64,000 nucleotides of DNA, from positions 30,940,001 to 31,004,000 of the forward strand of contig CM052817.1 of assembly GCA_028534125.1 (NCBI GenBank), given 5' to 3'. Positions 12,871-26,743 of this stretch are shown here, in pieces. Within the stretch, counting starts at the first letter, position 1, and each line of letters opens with the position of its first letter. The position numbers and the translations under genes are program-made. Below the pieces are notes generated by a model, which was given only the letters and a program-made list of their open reading frames with translations, was not told the DNA's origin and searched no databases. The DNA comes from Lama glama. Taxonomy: Eukaryota.

Positions 12871-13399
12871 AAGTAATCAGCATGCACCATGGCAACAAGA
12901 AACTCTAAAATAATATTGAGATGCTGATTTATACTTCAGCGTATGTTCTTGATGTAATTAGGAAACAAAAGCAACAGGCCAGGAAAGATATGAACTCCTA
13001 TAAACCACACTCTGGAAATCTACCCTCCTTCCGCGTCCCCAGTCCTCATCTGATTTAAAAAAAAAAAAAAGGACTGTTTTCTCAAATCCTCAACTCAGCC
13101 CTCACACTTGCTTAGAGTGAGAAGTACAGACCGCTTGAGTATGGCTAATCCTATGTAAAACTGCAAAAGATACAGACCTATTTTGTTTTTTATTTGTTTA
13201 TCCTTTCAATATCCTCCAACCCTTTAATCTATTATTCATCCATGAGTTAGTTACCACTTAGTTTGAATTACTTTAATTCTACCATTTCCAGGATAACCTT
13301 CATCTTAAAAGAAGGCCCACTGGAGAGGTATTTTGGACCGGGATCCTTTCTTCCCATCCTGGTTGATGGTGATTAGTAACAGCACAAAGATTGACGTTC

Positions 13400-13899
13400 A
13401 ATGTCTGCCCTTTGCTTCACCCCCAGCACCCACACCCATCCTGCCATCTCTCTCCCTCCTTCTCCACTCTGCTCTGTGTTCTGGGAGGCTGGCTTCTATG
13501 GCCTGTGTCCAGGGTTTTGCTTACTCTCAGCCTTGGTTGATTTTACCAGTGGGAGGCATGGGCAGGATATTGGAGAATGAGAGGAGAGTGAGATCAAGCT
13601 GATTATTTGTGGTTCTCTCACAGCCATGAACTGAGTCCATCCTTCTACGAAGGCCACAGCTCCTGCTTGACGGCCTCCTCCCTCTGGATTCTGGGCACAG
13701 ATAATCTGCTTCCTCCTCGTGACCCTTCAGTGTTAGGTGCGGTTGGTAACTGGCTCCCTGACAGTTGCTCATCCTGGTATACTTAATCATCCCTTGTTGC
13801 TTTCCCTTAGTCCTGTCCTCAGGGTTTTAAATAGCTCTTTTATTAACTCCCCAACACTGAGTGTGCCATCTGTTTCCTGCTGGGACCCTGATTGACACA
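13400..13899 (+). mobile_element. LTR33-like ERVL LTR
   Basis: ctctgctctgtgttctgggaggctg...ccagtgggaggca... and terminus gagtgtgccatctgtttcctgctgggaccctgattgacaca. Confidence 0.7.
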
Positions 13900-16199
13900 G
13901 TAGGTAAAATATGTCATAGGCAAATTTAACTTTGGCATTTTCCACCCTGACCTCAGTGCTCATACTACCCACAGGCTGCCCGTAGCTCTCCCCATTCTGA
14001 CCTGCCTCCAGGGCTCTTAAAGCCATTGCATCATCTAGAATGAGTCTGCCTTCCTTCTCCACCTAAACTTATCTGTATATTGAGCCCTTTTCCCAAGACC
14101 CAGATCTCTTCAGTATGCATGCAGATGAATCCCTAGAACTAATCTCTGCCAGAAAATGAATTATTGCTCACCCAGGTAAGGAAAATGTTACCTAATGGCC
14201 CTTAAATTACATCAAAACGAATTGCAAAAAATAAATTAACTAGCATCTCTTCCTCCAATTTTGTCCTCCACCCATCTATTCTAAGCACTGCAACTAGATT
14301 AATTTCTCTATGAGGACATTTTCATTATGCTACCCACTGATTTTAAAAGCCTCAATTGTTTCTCATTGTCCATGGGATAAATTCAAGCATTTAAGATCCA
14401 TAGTCTGGCTCCAAACAAATCTTCAGTTTCATCCATCACCACAGAGTACCCTAGCATTAAGAGAATAGTGTAAAATGAGGGCAGGAAAGAATCTGAACAT
14501 TACCCCCACTTTCCGAAAACATTTCTCCTTGTTTTCGTCAATAACAGAAGTGTAACACTACGTAGCAGGGGTGGACTCCTCCACAAGAGGGCGTTCGTGA
14601 GTTTTCTTTGACTTCAGTTTCTACCATGATGGAAAGAAAGGTGCAAGGTTTACATTTCCATGGAACAATAATACTGTGACTTATGCTTCACAATTTACCA
14701 GACTGATTCTATGTACTGTCAAGTTTCACTTCTATTTCTTCTTAAATTATTCAAATGTTTTCTGAGATTCTGTGACCATTAAGTGACTGCATTGTGAGGT
14801 GATTATCAGTTGCGATACCAAGGTAGTTTGATGTCTCCTGATCTCAGGACCGCATAGTCTTCTTCCAGCATAACCTGGATGTACCCGCCATGTGTACTCT
14901 GACTTCCTTCCTTCTAAACCTCTTTAGTCTCTTCCTGAAATGTCTTTGAGTTTCCTCTCTGCCTGTCCAAGTACTGCCGGCACATGTCATGTACTAAATA
15001 ATCAGGAGGCATTACCATTATCATTACCTGCCACTCAGAACTCATGTCAAGCACTATTTTTTGGAGACAGTACAGGTGACCAGTGAATGTGTCCTATACT
15101 ACGTTACAGCATGTGTCTCTCAATACCGGTCAGGTGTCCTTGATTCGAGTCTAAGTGCCTTTAGGGAGCTACCAGGTCTAATATCTCTCTGTAGCCCACA
15201 TCAGCACACCACTCCAGGAATGGATAGAAAATGGAAAGCCAGTAAATAATTTCTAGGAAAAGTCAAAGCTTCCTCTGTCTACAAAAGGCAACCCCAAAGG
15301 GGACAGACCTCCCAGCTGTCAGAAGAGGGTAACTTGACCGTAATTCTCCATTCTGCTCATAGAGACCCTAAACTATTTCCAAAAAGGAAAGTGTTAATGA
15401 TTGACCTTCTACCTGAACAGAGTCAACAAATGCAGGAGAAGTCTAATGTGATGCTTTCCCTAGTCATGTTGTCACGGGCTTTTCTTTCCAATAAACCCCT
15501 TGGCTGTGCCACTGGGCAGCTCTTTGTAGTCCCCACCCTGTCTTCAACCTCAATCTCCTCAATGTTCATCTTGTATGTTAAGTAGAACACAGAATAGGTT
15601 GCTAGAGCTAAGAAACCCCACAATTTACTGGCTCAAACAAGACACTTGTTCCTCTCTAGTGTGGCAGTCCAGAGGTAGGTGAATGGTCCAGGGAGGTAAG
15701 TGGTTCTACTCCAGAAGGATGTCCAGAGACCCAGGTTCCTTTCTCTTTGTTTTTGGCTGTGCTATCCCATAAGCAGTTGCCCTTATCCACATGATCAAAG
15801 CTGGCCAAGCACATCCACATTCTAGGTCACAGGAAGTGGAGGGAGACCAATGTCCCTCAAGCCATCCCAGTCAACACTAGGTTGTCAGCCATGGTTAGGG
15901 ACGGGCATCAAGGGGGTAGGCTGTGCTCTGGGAGTGGATGCTCCAAGCCCGGTGTCATGGGACTACTGCCACCCAAAAACCTGAAGCCCTTGTTTGCATG
16001 TATCAAAAATATGCCCCATGGCTAGCCTCCCAACCGCAGCTTGTGGGTATTTGCAGCCTAAATATGAGTTAATATATAAATATCCTGTAACTGAGGGTGT
16101 CCAGGCCTGCCATGCTCCCTTTCTCCAGACTCCTGGCCCTGACCTCATTGGTATTATCCGCTCTCCAGGAGCCACAGGCTCAGGCCTCATACTCTAAGC

Positions 16200-16387
16200 C
16201 ATTGTTCTCCAGGGTGGACACCTTTGCCGCCTAGGGGACATTTGGCAATGTCTGGTTGTCATAACTGGAGACGGGAGGTACTATCGGCCAGGGAAGTTGT
16301 AAACATCCTACCATATTCAGGAGAGCCCCCTCATGACAAAGATGGATTGGGCACAAAATGTAATAGTGCCAAGGCTGAGAAACCTTG
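16200..16387 (+). mobile_element. MER20 hAT-Charlie DNA transposon (non-autonomous)
   Basis: aggggacatttggcaatgtctgg...aatagtgccaaggctgagaaaccttg; degenerate 8-bp TSD ctctaagc/ctctagga. Confidence 0.85.
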
Positions 16388-18214
16388 CTCTAGGACAATT
16401 CTGATTCTTCCCTGAAATCTCACCGGGAGCCAGGGCCACGCTCCCAGCACAGCAGATTCTTGTAGTTGGCAACGTGCTTTCTATCCACAGTACGGCCTGC
16501 TTTTCTCACTATACAGTGCTTCAGACTTTAGGTTTTTATAAAAGCTAATAATCTCAGTAGTCTATGACAACTAGCATTGTTTAAGATGGACTTTTTAGTG
16601 AAATAAAATTTTATTATCTTTTATGGACTGTTAAGGTTTGTCCTCAACACAAAGGATGAAGAATAGGCAATTAAGTTAGTGGGTAGGGCACAGGTCTGTG
16701 GACCAGTTTCTGAGTCTTGCTCTGCTACTAACCAGCTATGCAATTGTGATTAAATCGTAGTCTTTTCCCCTTTTAGTAAAAAGAAGAGTTAGACTCATTT
16801 AAGACATCAAATTAGTCTTGCTGTGTCTGGTCCCCAGTTGCAATAATCACCTCTTCACTTCTCTTTCTTTTCTATTTACATACACACATGCACGCACTCA
16901 CGCACACACGCACGCATGCCTGCATACACACATACACCCTCATTCCTACAAAAGATGTCAATTTCGTCGGTTAAGTTTACATTCCCTAGAATTAAACCAG
17001 CAGCAATTCACAACAACAGTTATTAAGACCACAGGCAAATCTATCCATATCCTCATCTATTTCTTCTTTCTAATTTCAAACTTGCAATTCTTCAACTTAA
17101 TTGTGTGAGCTTGGCCAAGTCTTAATCTCTCTTGGCCTTCACTTCTACTTGGCAAAGTAAGGGAGTTAATTTCTAAATTCCTTTCTAGTTCTAATAGAAT
17201 TTTCCTACCCAGAACTTCTTCTGGCTTAACCTTGCACCCTCTTAAGGATGTGTGATGATTAGTGTCGTGAAAATATAATCACACTCACAAGTGAAGACAT
17301 CAGCATTCCATAAAACGGTAGCAGGAAAAATGCTTATTTTTCATAACTTTAAGAATAATGACTGACCATAAACAGGCAGAAAAGGGTGGTTATTTTGAGA
17401 CTTTATCTTTGCAGTCTTTGTTTCCCTTTTTCATTGTATTTTCTAGCCCACACTAAAAGAAACAGACAGTGAAAAATCAAATTTAAATCTAGACATGACA
17501 GAGATGCTTCTTTTCAATTTCCTAAGCAACACCCAAACCTGATTTCCTGTATATAAAAAAAAAAGACACACACACATATAATTTTATTTTTGTCCTCAGG
17601 CTTTGTAAAAATGGTTGTTTAAAATTTGGTAAGCAAATCTTTCTGCATTCCAGTAACTCACCTTTAGTTTCAGGATACATCATAGAAAGCTTCAGGTGCC
17701 TCTTGGAATAATGATCAAGTAAAAGTTCAGTTGGCTAAAACTGAGGCTACTGATGAAGAAACTGCATACTATTTGTGACTTCTGGGTTTCTGGGTGGTTG
17801 CTGTGTGCACCTGATGATGGGCAGGTGTGTTCCGTGCTCCAAGGTGGGTAAACATCTGGAACAGTCAAGACGGAGGGCAGTGGTCTGTGGCTTGTCATTT
17901 CAGGGTTCCCCTTGCAGTAGAAGCAAGTAGTTGCCTCTAAATTCTGGGGCTTGACCTCTCAGGGACATCACCAAGCTGCTTATAAGTGGATCAAAATCAG
18001 TGGACGGGAATGAGTCCTCAGACGTTCCCCTAAGGAGCAGACAGAACTATCTTCCACAACCCACAGGCTCAGTTAAATTCACTTTGTGTGAAGTAATCCA
18101 GGCTGTCATTTTAACAGCCTGCTTAGGTGCCTGGTTAGCTGAACAGTCAGAACTCCTTGGATACAATTGAGAAGTTCTATTTTCACCCCAGCCCTGGCCT
18201 CCTACATGTTTTTC

Positions 18215-18703
18215 TTTTAATAATTATTATTATTTTATTGAAGTATAGTTGATTTACTATGTCGTGCTAACTTCTGGTGTACAGCATAGTGATTTATTTA
18301 TATATATGTATGAAGGAATATATTCCTTTTCATATCCTTTTTCATTATAGGCTATTACAAGGTATTGAATATAGTTCCCTCTGCTATACAGTAGGACCTC
18401 CTTGTTTATCTGTTTTATATATAGTAGTTTGTATCTGCTAATCCCAACTTCCTAATTTATCCCCCCACCCCCTTCCCTCCTGGTAACCATAAGTTTATTT
18501 TCTACACCTGACTCTGTCACTGTTCTATAAGTAAATTTATTTGTATCCTTTTTTTTCAGATTCCACATATAAGTGATATCATATGGTATTTCTCTTTCTC
18601 TGTCTGACTTACTTCACTTAGAATGATGATCTTCAGGTCCATCTATGTTGCTGCAAATGGCATTGTTTTATTCTTTTTTATGGCTGAGTAATATTCCATT
18701 GTA
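18215..18703 (-). mobile_element. 5'-truncated lineage-specific (cetartiodactyl-type) LINE-1 3' end
   Basis: ttttattgaagtatagttgattta...gaatatagttccctctgctatacagtaggacc...cagattccacatataagtgatatcatatggtatt...ttatggctgagtaatattccattgt. Confidence 0.85.
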
Positions 18704-19152
18704 GTTGCTAAAGTTTTTTTCCTATCTTTGCATTTCCAACCAGTTCCATAACTTTCTGCCGACTTTCACTATTTACCCAAAAAACCCAGTCCTGTTTAAA
18801 ATTCCAGCCTCTTCGCACCCATCCCTATTCCACCCCCTGTAGCTCAAGGAATTGCAGTAGGAAGGAAAGGGGTGAGGTCTGCGCCATCACCCTGCCTTTC
18901 TCTCTGGGACTAGATACTGGGAGGAGGGATGTACACAAAGGAAGAGAATAGGCACTGCTCATGGCTGAGTGACTGCAGTCCTGTGCCGGATGTCAGTGCT
19001 TCCCAGCTAGCCTAACCTGACCAGCATGCCCTCTGTATGCCAGGCATCCAAGGGCTGCCTCTCTCTTTGGGTCCTGGAGTGAGTTCTTCCTCATTACACA
19101 GTTCCCTGATATGAAGATAAATGACTAGTACTACCAGCTACCACTTTCCCTA

Positions 19153-19187
19153 TACACACACAAACACACACACACACACACACACAC
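19153..19187. repeat. (CA)n microsatellite
   Basis: Directly visible. Other CA-type arrays at about 16878-16938, 37809-37843 and 51255-51305. Confidence 0.9.
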
Positions 19188-20239
19188 TTTGACCCTAGGA
19201 ATCACCAAACCTATTTCTGTTGGGCCCACTTGCCCTGCAGCCACCCTGGTAGATAGTCCACTTGAGCCACTGGAAACCTAACGTTGCCAAATAGTGGAGG
19301 GCAGGTTCCTCCCCTGCTGGCTCTCTTTCTTTCTTCCAGGGTAACAATCTCACATCCTTTCCCCTGCAGGCACAGGGCCATATCAGCAAGTCTGCACCTA
19401 AGCAAATGATCGCTACAGGGAAATGAGGTGCAGGGTGTCCCTTGCTTGTAGGTATTCCCAATCTTTAGGTGGTTTTCCCTTTTCTCTCCTTAAAGAGGTG
19501 AAAATAAAGCCATCACCTTCTCAGCTAGCTGATGACTCACACGCTGACAATTTTCTTAATTGTTCCTTTCCTCTTTTACTGCCTTTCTCGATATACACTC
19601 TTTTCTCTCTTCTTCCTTTCTTTATTTGGGCTGCAGTGGGAATGGCGACTAAAATTACAACATCTGCTGCCACTCAGGGCACTCAGGAAGGGACGTGTAT
19701 TCCCACCTGTTTGTGGTTATCTTCAGGATGTAAGGGTTTTTTTGTACCTATTTTGCCCCAGTTTCAGGTTTCATTCATCAACAGGGGACAAAGGGAAAGT
19801 CACCCTTGCATGAGTTTCACTCTCATGTCACCAAATTGTTTGGCACATTGCAGACTCAGTGACTGAGCAGTACATCTGTCTACCTATGCCAATGACAGTC
19901 TTAATGGATGGACTTGGGTTCGAAATCCAGCTTTGCCTCTGAACATGTTGTGTGGTCTTAAGGCAGATTGCTCGATAAAGGTTCAAGTTCCTCACCTAGA
20001 GATAATACTTGTGGAACCTTGAGCTGTGGCTGGTAAAAGTGATCAAAGAGATGTATTATTTAATATTTTCATCAGACTCACAAGCAGCATCATGGCAACA
20101 ATGTGCAAGACACTGAGTAAGTAAGGTTCTGTGCCTGACATCAAGGAATTCAAAATCTAATTTAGAGACAGACACAGAAAGACATAATTCCTATGAAGCG
20201 TGGCAAGTGCAAAAAAGGATACGAAGTACTTATGGGGGC

Positions 20240-20630
20240 AGGTTGAACTAGGGCAGCTGTGAAGCAAGATGTCTAAGAAAATCTCTGTTTGAATGGCCTT
20301 CTACCCATTCTCTTGGCAAGAGAGAGATTCCTGCCCTAGGGTTATGGGGGCAGCTGGCCATTCGACCCCTGACAGTGGGCAGAAGACGTCAACAGCAGTT
20401 GATCAGTCGCAGAGGGGAGGACGCTGTATACCTCATGAGGGGTGCACTCAGGAACAGAGGGAGCTATCAGAGGGGTGGGAGGCAGGCTTTGTGGTATTAA
20501 GAGGGTGAGATGCCCCCTGGTTTCCACAGGGTGGGGTGGATATGACTGGCTTGTTCGAGGAACTCCATGGGCTGACAAGGAACCAAAACCCACTACTCAA
20601 TGGTATGCAGGACCTGTGTCTGATCTTTAT
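20240..20630. mobile_element. Probable old ERV LTR (family uncertain) within L2-derived sequence
   Basis: gcaggctttgtggtattaagagggtgagatgccccctggtttcc...gactggcttgtt resembles ERVL-type LTRs; recognition only. Confidence 0.4.
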
Positions 20631-21019
20631 GATGGGGAGGGGTCTTTGTCTAGGAGACCGCATCCACAGGGGCAGATCCAGGCCCTCCTGATTCTACCAG
20701 ATGTCAAGGCAGCGCAGAACACTGAGGCCTTGAGGCCAGGGGAAGAGCTTAGACAAAATTCTGATATTCGGTGCCAAAACACATTCTTCTAAAAATGACT
20801 AGGGGAAAGGACTACTTAAAACAAATTACACTAATGTCTTTACCTCATGATATTTTAATAACTATTGAAGTGCATTTGTAAACCTCTAAGGTGGTACTCA
20901 TTCCTGCACAATCTTTTGAGCCTGGGGACACAATCTTCTTGGGCCTAGGGACATTAGTCTTTCAGGATTTTTTTTTTTCCAGAACACCAATGAACTATTC
21001 CAGGGAACAAAGTTTTAAA

Positions 21020-22680
21020 ATTACTGTTAGAGGTAATGAGGGAATCATTAAAAGATTCAAGCTGGGAGTGACACTTTCATATTTGTATTTTAAATAAAAC
21101 ACTCCGGTAGATGCGTAGAAGATGAATTTGAAAGGACAGAAATTTGATTATTTAGTGAAGCCAGCTAGGCGGCTGGGGAAGCAATCCAGGAAAGCGAGCA
21201 TGAATAGAAGTACAATGATAGAGACAGGAGAAGGGGGAGTCTGAAGGAAGTTTCTATGCAGTAGACGAGGTTAATGAACCAGTGGGAAAGCTAGTGATGC
21301 TGTAGTCAGAAGCACACGCCAAAATCTCAGTGACTTAACGCAGCAAAAGTTTCTACCCTGTTGACACTAAGTGTCATAAATTGACACAGAGCAGGGGCTC
21401 TGCTCCGCAGTTACTCAGGGACCCAGCTGATGGAGATTCCATAATCTTACGGCAGCACCGTCTGGAAGAGAGTGTTTCTTGGGTCATTACAAAAAGGAAA
21501 GATGACGGAGATTCAGGCACTGGCTTTGATTTGAACTAATACCTGTCACTTTTGGCTGCATCCACTGACTAGAAGTAGTCACGTGGCCCTAAGTGCAGTG
21601 GGTCTGGGAAATGTGACCTTCCATGTGTCTAGGGATGGGAGGAAAACCAAATATTGATAATACCATTCACAGTAAGTGAAGACAAAGAAAGAATCAAGGA
21701 GGTCTTCCACAAGTGACCAGGTGAATGGTAGTGCCATGAGCTGGGAGTGCGAGGGGACCAGAAGAGGGACAAAGTGTCTGGGAGATGAGATGATGAACAC
21801 GTAGAACACTCTGAATTTTATGTGAGGAATTTCCATCTGAGGATGACAGGTAGATTGTTGGCAATTTTAAGTCTAAGTCTCAAAGGAGAATTATATCCTG
21901 GAAATGAGATTTAGAAATGACTCATCATAAATAGTTAAAACCAAGAGTGGAAGTCCTATCCATGAAGAGCAAGATGTTCTCTAAGGGACATCAGAGTTTT
22001 TTGACTTGACAGAAAACCCCAAGAAGAGGAAGGGAAACTGTCAGAGACGGACAAGACGAGAACGCAGAAATGCCATTTCAAAAAAGTGAAGGAAGGTGAG
22101 GTTCTGAGAGAAAGTAATCAGCAGCAGGACGCACACCTGAGCGATCAGGTAAGCTATGGTGTGTCTTTTTGATGATGGTCATTCTAACAGGCATGAGGTG
22201 ATATGACCTTGTGGTTTTGATTTGCATTTCTCTGATGACTAATGATGCTGAATACCTTTTCATGTACCTTTTAGCCATTTTTATGTCTTCTTTGAGAAAA
22301 CGTGTATTTAGGCCCATCACTCACTTTTTAATTGGGTTATTTTGGCTTTCTGCGACGGAGTTGTATGGTTTCCTTGTCGATCTTGGATATTCGTCCTTTA
22401 GCAGATACATGGTTTGCAAATATTTTCTCCCATCCCGTAGGTTGCCTTTTCATTCTTTTGATTGTTTTCTTTGCTGTGCATTTGAAATATTTTTCTAGTC
22501 TTGCCAGCTTAAAATCACACTAGGTATCTATTTCTCTACTTTGTTGAATTGTCAAAACTCAAAAAAGAAGCCTTTGCAGAAAGAGGTTCATGAGAGAAAG
22601 AGACGCCAGCTCTAGGCTGACATGATTGGAGCAGTGAGAGGGCAATGAGTGAGGAAACGGAAGAGGCAAAGACAGTGAAG
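21020..22680 (-). mobile_element. Fragmented LINE-2 with a nested MLT1-like LTR (about 21285-21665) and an L1MA ORF2 fragment (about 22160-22482)
   Basis: L2-type purine-rich pieces flank both inserts. The L1 piece gives minus-strand ORF 22078..22320 (KEDIKMAKRYMKRYSASLVIREMQIKTT, L1 ORF2p C-terminal region). Confidence 0.7.
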
Positions 22681-24645
22681 TTTTATTCCCAAGCTTCTTC
22701 CTCAACCCTCATGAATCATTCATATATTCAACCAATATTTAGTCAAACTTATTAGGGTGCAAACAAGACACATGAGCTTTCTGCCCTTGAGTTGCTCTGG
22801 TGGATTGAGCGTTACATTTTCTTCTCGTTGTTCCTGTAACATTTTGTACATTTCTTTATTTTAGCACTTTTAACATCGCATGATATTTATTTATGTCTCT
22901 TAGCTCCCTTAAAACAATGAACTCATTCGAGATAAAGACCGGGTTGAGATTTTATGGATCTGTGTATACCAAAAGCTCATCACAATGCCTGGGCAGAGCA
23001 GGCATGCAATACAAGTTTTTTCTTTTTAATTATATCATTTAAATCTCACTATTCTGAGACGTGGGTATGAGTAGCCCCATTTCCCAGAGAAGGTAGCTGA
23101 GACCTGGCGTGGCTACACCTCAGCAGAGGTCATAAGCAGAAAGCGGCAGAGCAGAGCCCAGAATCCAGGCTTTGGATTCCAGGTCTGTTTCTCTCCATCA
23201 CACCAGACCTGCTTTGACGTCGTTTCCTTCTGGGGTGATGGATTCCAAATCACTTATGCATAGCTTTTCCAATACCTCATTCTATTCAAGACTGCAGATT
23301 AGCAGTACAATCTGAGATATGAACAGGATAATAGATCAAACCAATCCACAGACTCCCATAGTGCCCAAATCCACATTTTAACTGAGCCGAGCCACTGCAT
23401 GCTATACTAAGATTAGCCATACAAAAGTGTTGTTTTATGTCCAAAAATGTCAAACAACAGCACTTTCCTGAGGTTCAACCAAATAAGGTATAGAGTCATT
23501 GTTTCTACAGTATGAAACTTAAAGTATGAACTAGGAGTATCAATTAAGAAGCATGAAACTAGGCAGTGGGGTGGGGAAGAAAGATTTTAGAAATGCAGCC
23601 CTAACAAGGTTTGTGACCATGTTCCTCAAACAGTCTAACCCTCAGTATCCTAGCGATTATAATGGGCATGATCATTTCTTCCTAAGGATGAATGATGTGG
23701 ATATGTATGTAAAATGTCCAGCTCTAGACCTGACCCATAAAAGGCACTAAATCAATGGCAGCGATAATTATGACCACAAGCAGACATGGATGCTTTTGAT
23801 ACAGGTGTTGATTAGTCACTAGCATTTACTTCCAGGGTTTATTCTGGAGAAGAATTTCTAACTTGCTCTACATATTCTTAATATAATAATGTCCCTGGAA
23901 TTCCTTGTGATAATGTGCATTACTTGCCCCAGAAGTAAAAGGTCTACTGCATGGAACATCTAACCAGATGTCAGTAGCAGATGCCTGATACCTAACACCT
24001 TTTTAGTAAAAGGTAATCTTCAACAGGGAAGAAATAGCCAAGCAGTGGGGCTTCAAGGATAAATATTTATACGGAATTTCTCAAAGAACTCTCATGAGCA
24101 CTGACTCCTCCAAGCTCTAGAAAAGTAACCCTGCCAAAATCTTCCTCTTGAACAAAAATTAATCACCAGAGTGGCTGTTTCAAAGCAATCTAGGTAAATG
24201 GCCACCACGATCTTCAGTTCCAGGGTCCTTTTTTGGTCAGCAACATATGGGTTAAACCAAAGTATGTCTTAAAAATCTGAAAATATAGCCTAAAAGGACT
24301 ATGATAAAGGATTCTTCTAGTATAATTTTATTTCAAAATCCATGTCTTAGTAACAAATTTCTGGGAATCAAGCACCTACTTATATAATTGAAAAGACCAA
24401 AATGGAGGTTCTTTGGGAAGAAAACGTAATCCAACCTACTCTTCAAGCCCAGCTTTGTTGTTTTATGAGAAAGTAACTGTATATCCTTTTGTCAGAGTTC
24501 TAATATGGCCTTTATCTATTGTATGAAGATCGGGAGTGGGACACTAGACTTCATAATCTCCTACTTTTTCCCCTGTAGATACAGCTAATATTGGTAAAAA
24601 ATTTCAGTCTACAAACTTAAATATGTCAAACTGCATTCTCTAGTT

Positions 24646-24731
24646 GGGAGGGAAATAGCTTAGTGGTAGAGCACATGCTTGGCATGCACGAGGTCCTGGG
24701 TTCAATCCCCAGTACCTCCATTTTTTTTAAA
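24646..24731 (+). mobile_element. tRNA-Ala-derived SINE (camelid Vic-1-like)
   Basis: gggagggaaatagcttagtggtagagcacatgcttggcatgcacgaggtcctgggttcaatccccagtacctcca with A and B boxes. TSD tgcattctctagtt (24632-24645) / tgcattctttattt (24732-24745), 12/14 match. Confidence 0.85.
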
Positions 24732-26023
24732 TGCATTCTTTATTTTCTAAAATTTAATTTTAGAATGTGTGGCTCAGTCTAGTAGTTTCCCCATCCTGTT
24801 TCAAATCAGCGCTTCCTCAGACACTTCAGCTGTAGACGCAGTAACACCAGGACTGTCTCTTTCTTCCTACTCGTCTCCCCAGCATTGACAGTGAGCTCAG
24901 AGGGCACCAGAGTAAAGGCCAGGAGAGCAGAGGGGATGTGCCGCAGTCTATTTGCACTGTCTCCCCTTGATGCCACCCCTCCCCCTGGGGTTGACTCTAG
25001 GCTCTGGGGGTGCTTAGGGATATCTTACCCCAGGGGGTCAAGAAGGGGTTGTTCTACTTTCCTGATCAGTCTGTTGGATCCTGAACCAGCCTCTGACTTC
25101 AGATATAACTTGCCCTGTCTGGGCCACAGCACAGGTGAAATCAGTTCTCACTCCAATGGTAACTGGACCTTCCACGGGTACTGACGCAGGTCCCACTGAG
25201 CACTTGCAGCACTAGCAATGTGCCCAAGACTTAACTGGGTCTCTGATCCCTGGCAGGAACTGTCCCTGCTGCATCCGTCCAGTGAGGTCCCCTTGAGATG
25301 TCCTACGGGACCACAGGTGCTCTCCCAGCGCATATGTGCAACCAGCAACCCTTGGAAATCCTCCCTCACTATGAAACTCAGATGGAATTGTCTCCAGCAC
25401 TCTGAAGCTTTAACAGAGTGTACTGCTCTCCAAATAGTGGAATGAAAAGCCTTCTTTCTACAATGTTTGCTTGCCTTCAGCATTAAGTACAGCCTCTGCT
25501 CCTATCCAGAACTCTAAAGAGGCCGTCTAGCATCGTACCCCCACCCTAGAACCCAGCTTGAAGGGGCAGAGGCAGATGGGGCTTCCCAAATTCACATCTG
25601 GCTCTTTTTCCCTCTCTGCTTCTCTTCCCCCTCTTTCTTTCCTTGAAGCGTCTTTAACTCATGTATGCGCTGGGGGAATTCATGGGGAATTCTTCAGAAA
25701 GTTTGCATGTATAGACATCCTTCGGACTTTCAAGCTAGTGTCTTTTAAATCAAAGAGCCGTGGATTTGTCATGCTTGTTACTCGGGTTCATGTAGTCACA
25801 GTCTTATTGTCTTAGCCAGGGGTGGGCACGAGGTCCTTGGATTAGAAGTGAAGAAACTCTATTCGTGATTTGATGACAGAATAATTCTATACCTTCCTTT
25901 CCCAAAAGATCTATCTGCTTAGAATGAGAGCAGGGTAATATTACAAACCACTGATCACAACACCAATACAGATAGTTTTAATAGGAACCATTCTGTCAAC
26001 CACAGTACCCTCTAGCTATAGAC

Positions 26024-26743
26024 CAGAGTTTCTCAGAGTCAGCATTTTTGACGTGTTGGGCTGAATAATTCATATGGGGCACTGCCCTGATTATTGTAGG
26101 ACATCTAGCATCTTCCCTGGCCTCTATTCACTAGACACTATTAGTACCCATTCCCCAAGTCATGGCAACCAAAAATGTCTCCAGATCCTGTCAAATACCC
26201 CCTGGGCCGGGGTGTCAACTGAAACAAAACACACAACCTAAAAGTTGAGAGTTACGTTCTATTTAGTGGACTTTCTGAAAACTTGAGCCCGGGACGCAGC
26301 CTCTCAGATCGCTCTAAGAGAGTGTTCCACCCAGGCAAGAGAGAAGCCAGGATATGTGGGAGTTTTTGCAACATAGACCAGGTAGTCAGAACATCAAAAG
26401 ATGACTGTTAATTAAAGAAAACCAGACATCTCAAGTGAAGGAATTTAGCACTTTTCTATGTATAGGGAGGTGCAAAAGTCTGGGCTCACTGAAATCATTC
26501 CTTTGATTTGCACCTAGCTGTCTGGGCCGGTATCCTGTTCTTCTGCATCCCAGGTTCCTCCAGGGTGCACCACTGAGGGTGGCAGCAGAGGTGCCCGCTT
26601 GTCTCCCTCCTGAGTTCCCTCCACTCACTGTCAGGAGTGACAGTAGTGGCGGATGACTTGATGGCCACAGCATCCTTTGTTTACTGACATGGCTGACAAT
26701 ATGTTTCATTCACAGGAGATGTCACCCTCAGTCGAGAACAGTG
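26024..26743 (-). mobile_element. MER20 DNA transposon split by an LTR insertion
   Basis: cagagtttctca...accaaaaatgtctccagatcctgtcaaataccccctggg, resuming as ggagatgtcaccctcagtcgagaacagtg; TSD ctatagac/ctgtagat. Confidence 0.8.
26213..26714 (-). mobile_element. MER41-like (cetartiodactyl ERV1) solo LTR, 502 bp
   Basis: TG...CA ends (tgtcaactgaaa...tttcattcaca), 4-bp TSD gggg/ggag, characteristic cacaacctaaaagttgaga and gcagcctctcagatcgctct motifs. Confidence 0.8.

Noticed and set aside
19423..19866. 147-aa ORF, and similar 100-140-aa intronic ORFs such as 44953..45363, 47986..48399 and 48494..48871
   Set aside because: No recognisable homology or codon bias, several overlap repeats, and lengths are plausible by chance in 64 kb.
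22078..22498. ORFs with L1 ORF2p-like peptide
   Set aside because: A ~320-bp dead L1 fragment, not a gene or an active element.
24646..24720. Functional tRNA-Ala(GGC) gene
   Set aside because: Broken acceptor stem, CpG-decay substitutions and a flanking TSD indicate a retroposed SINE.
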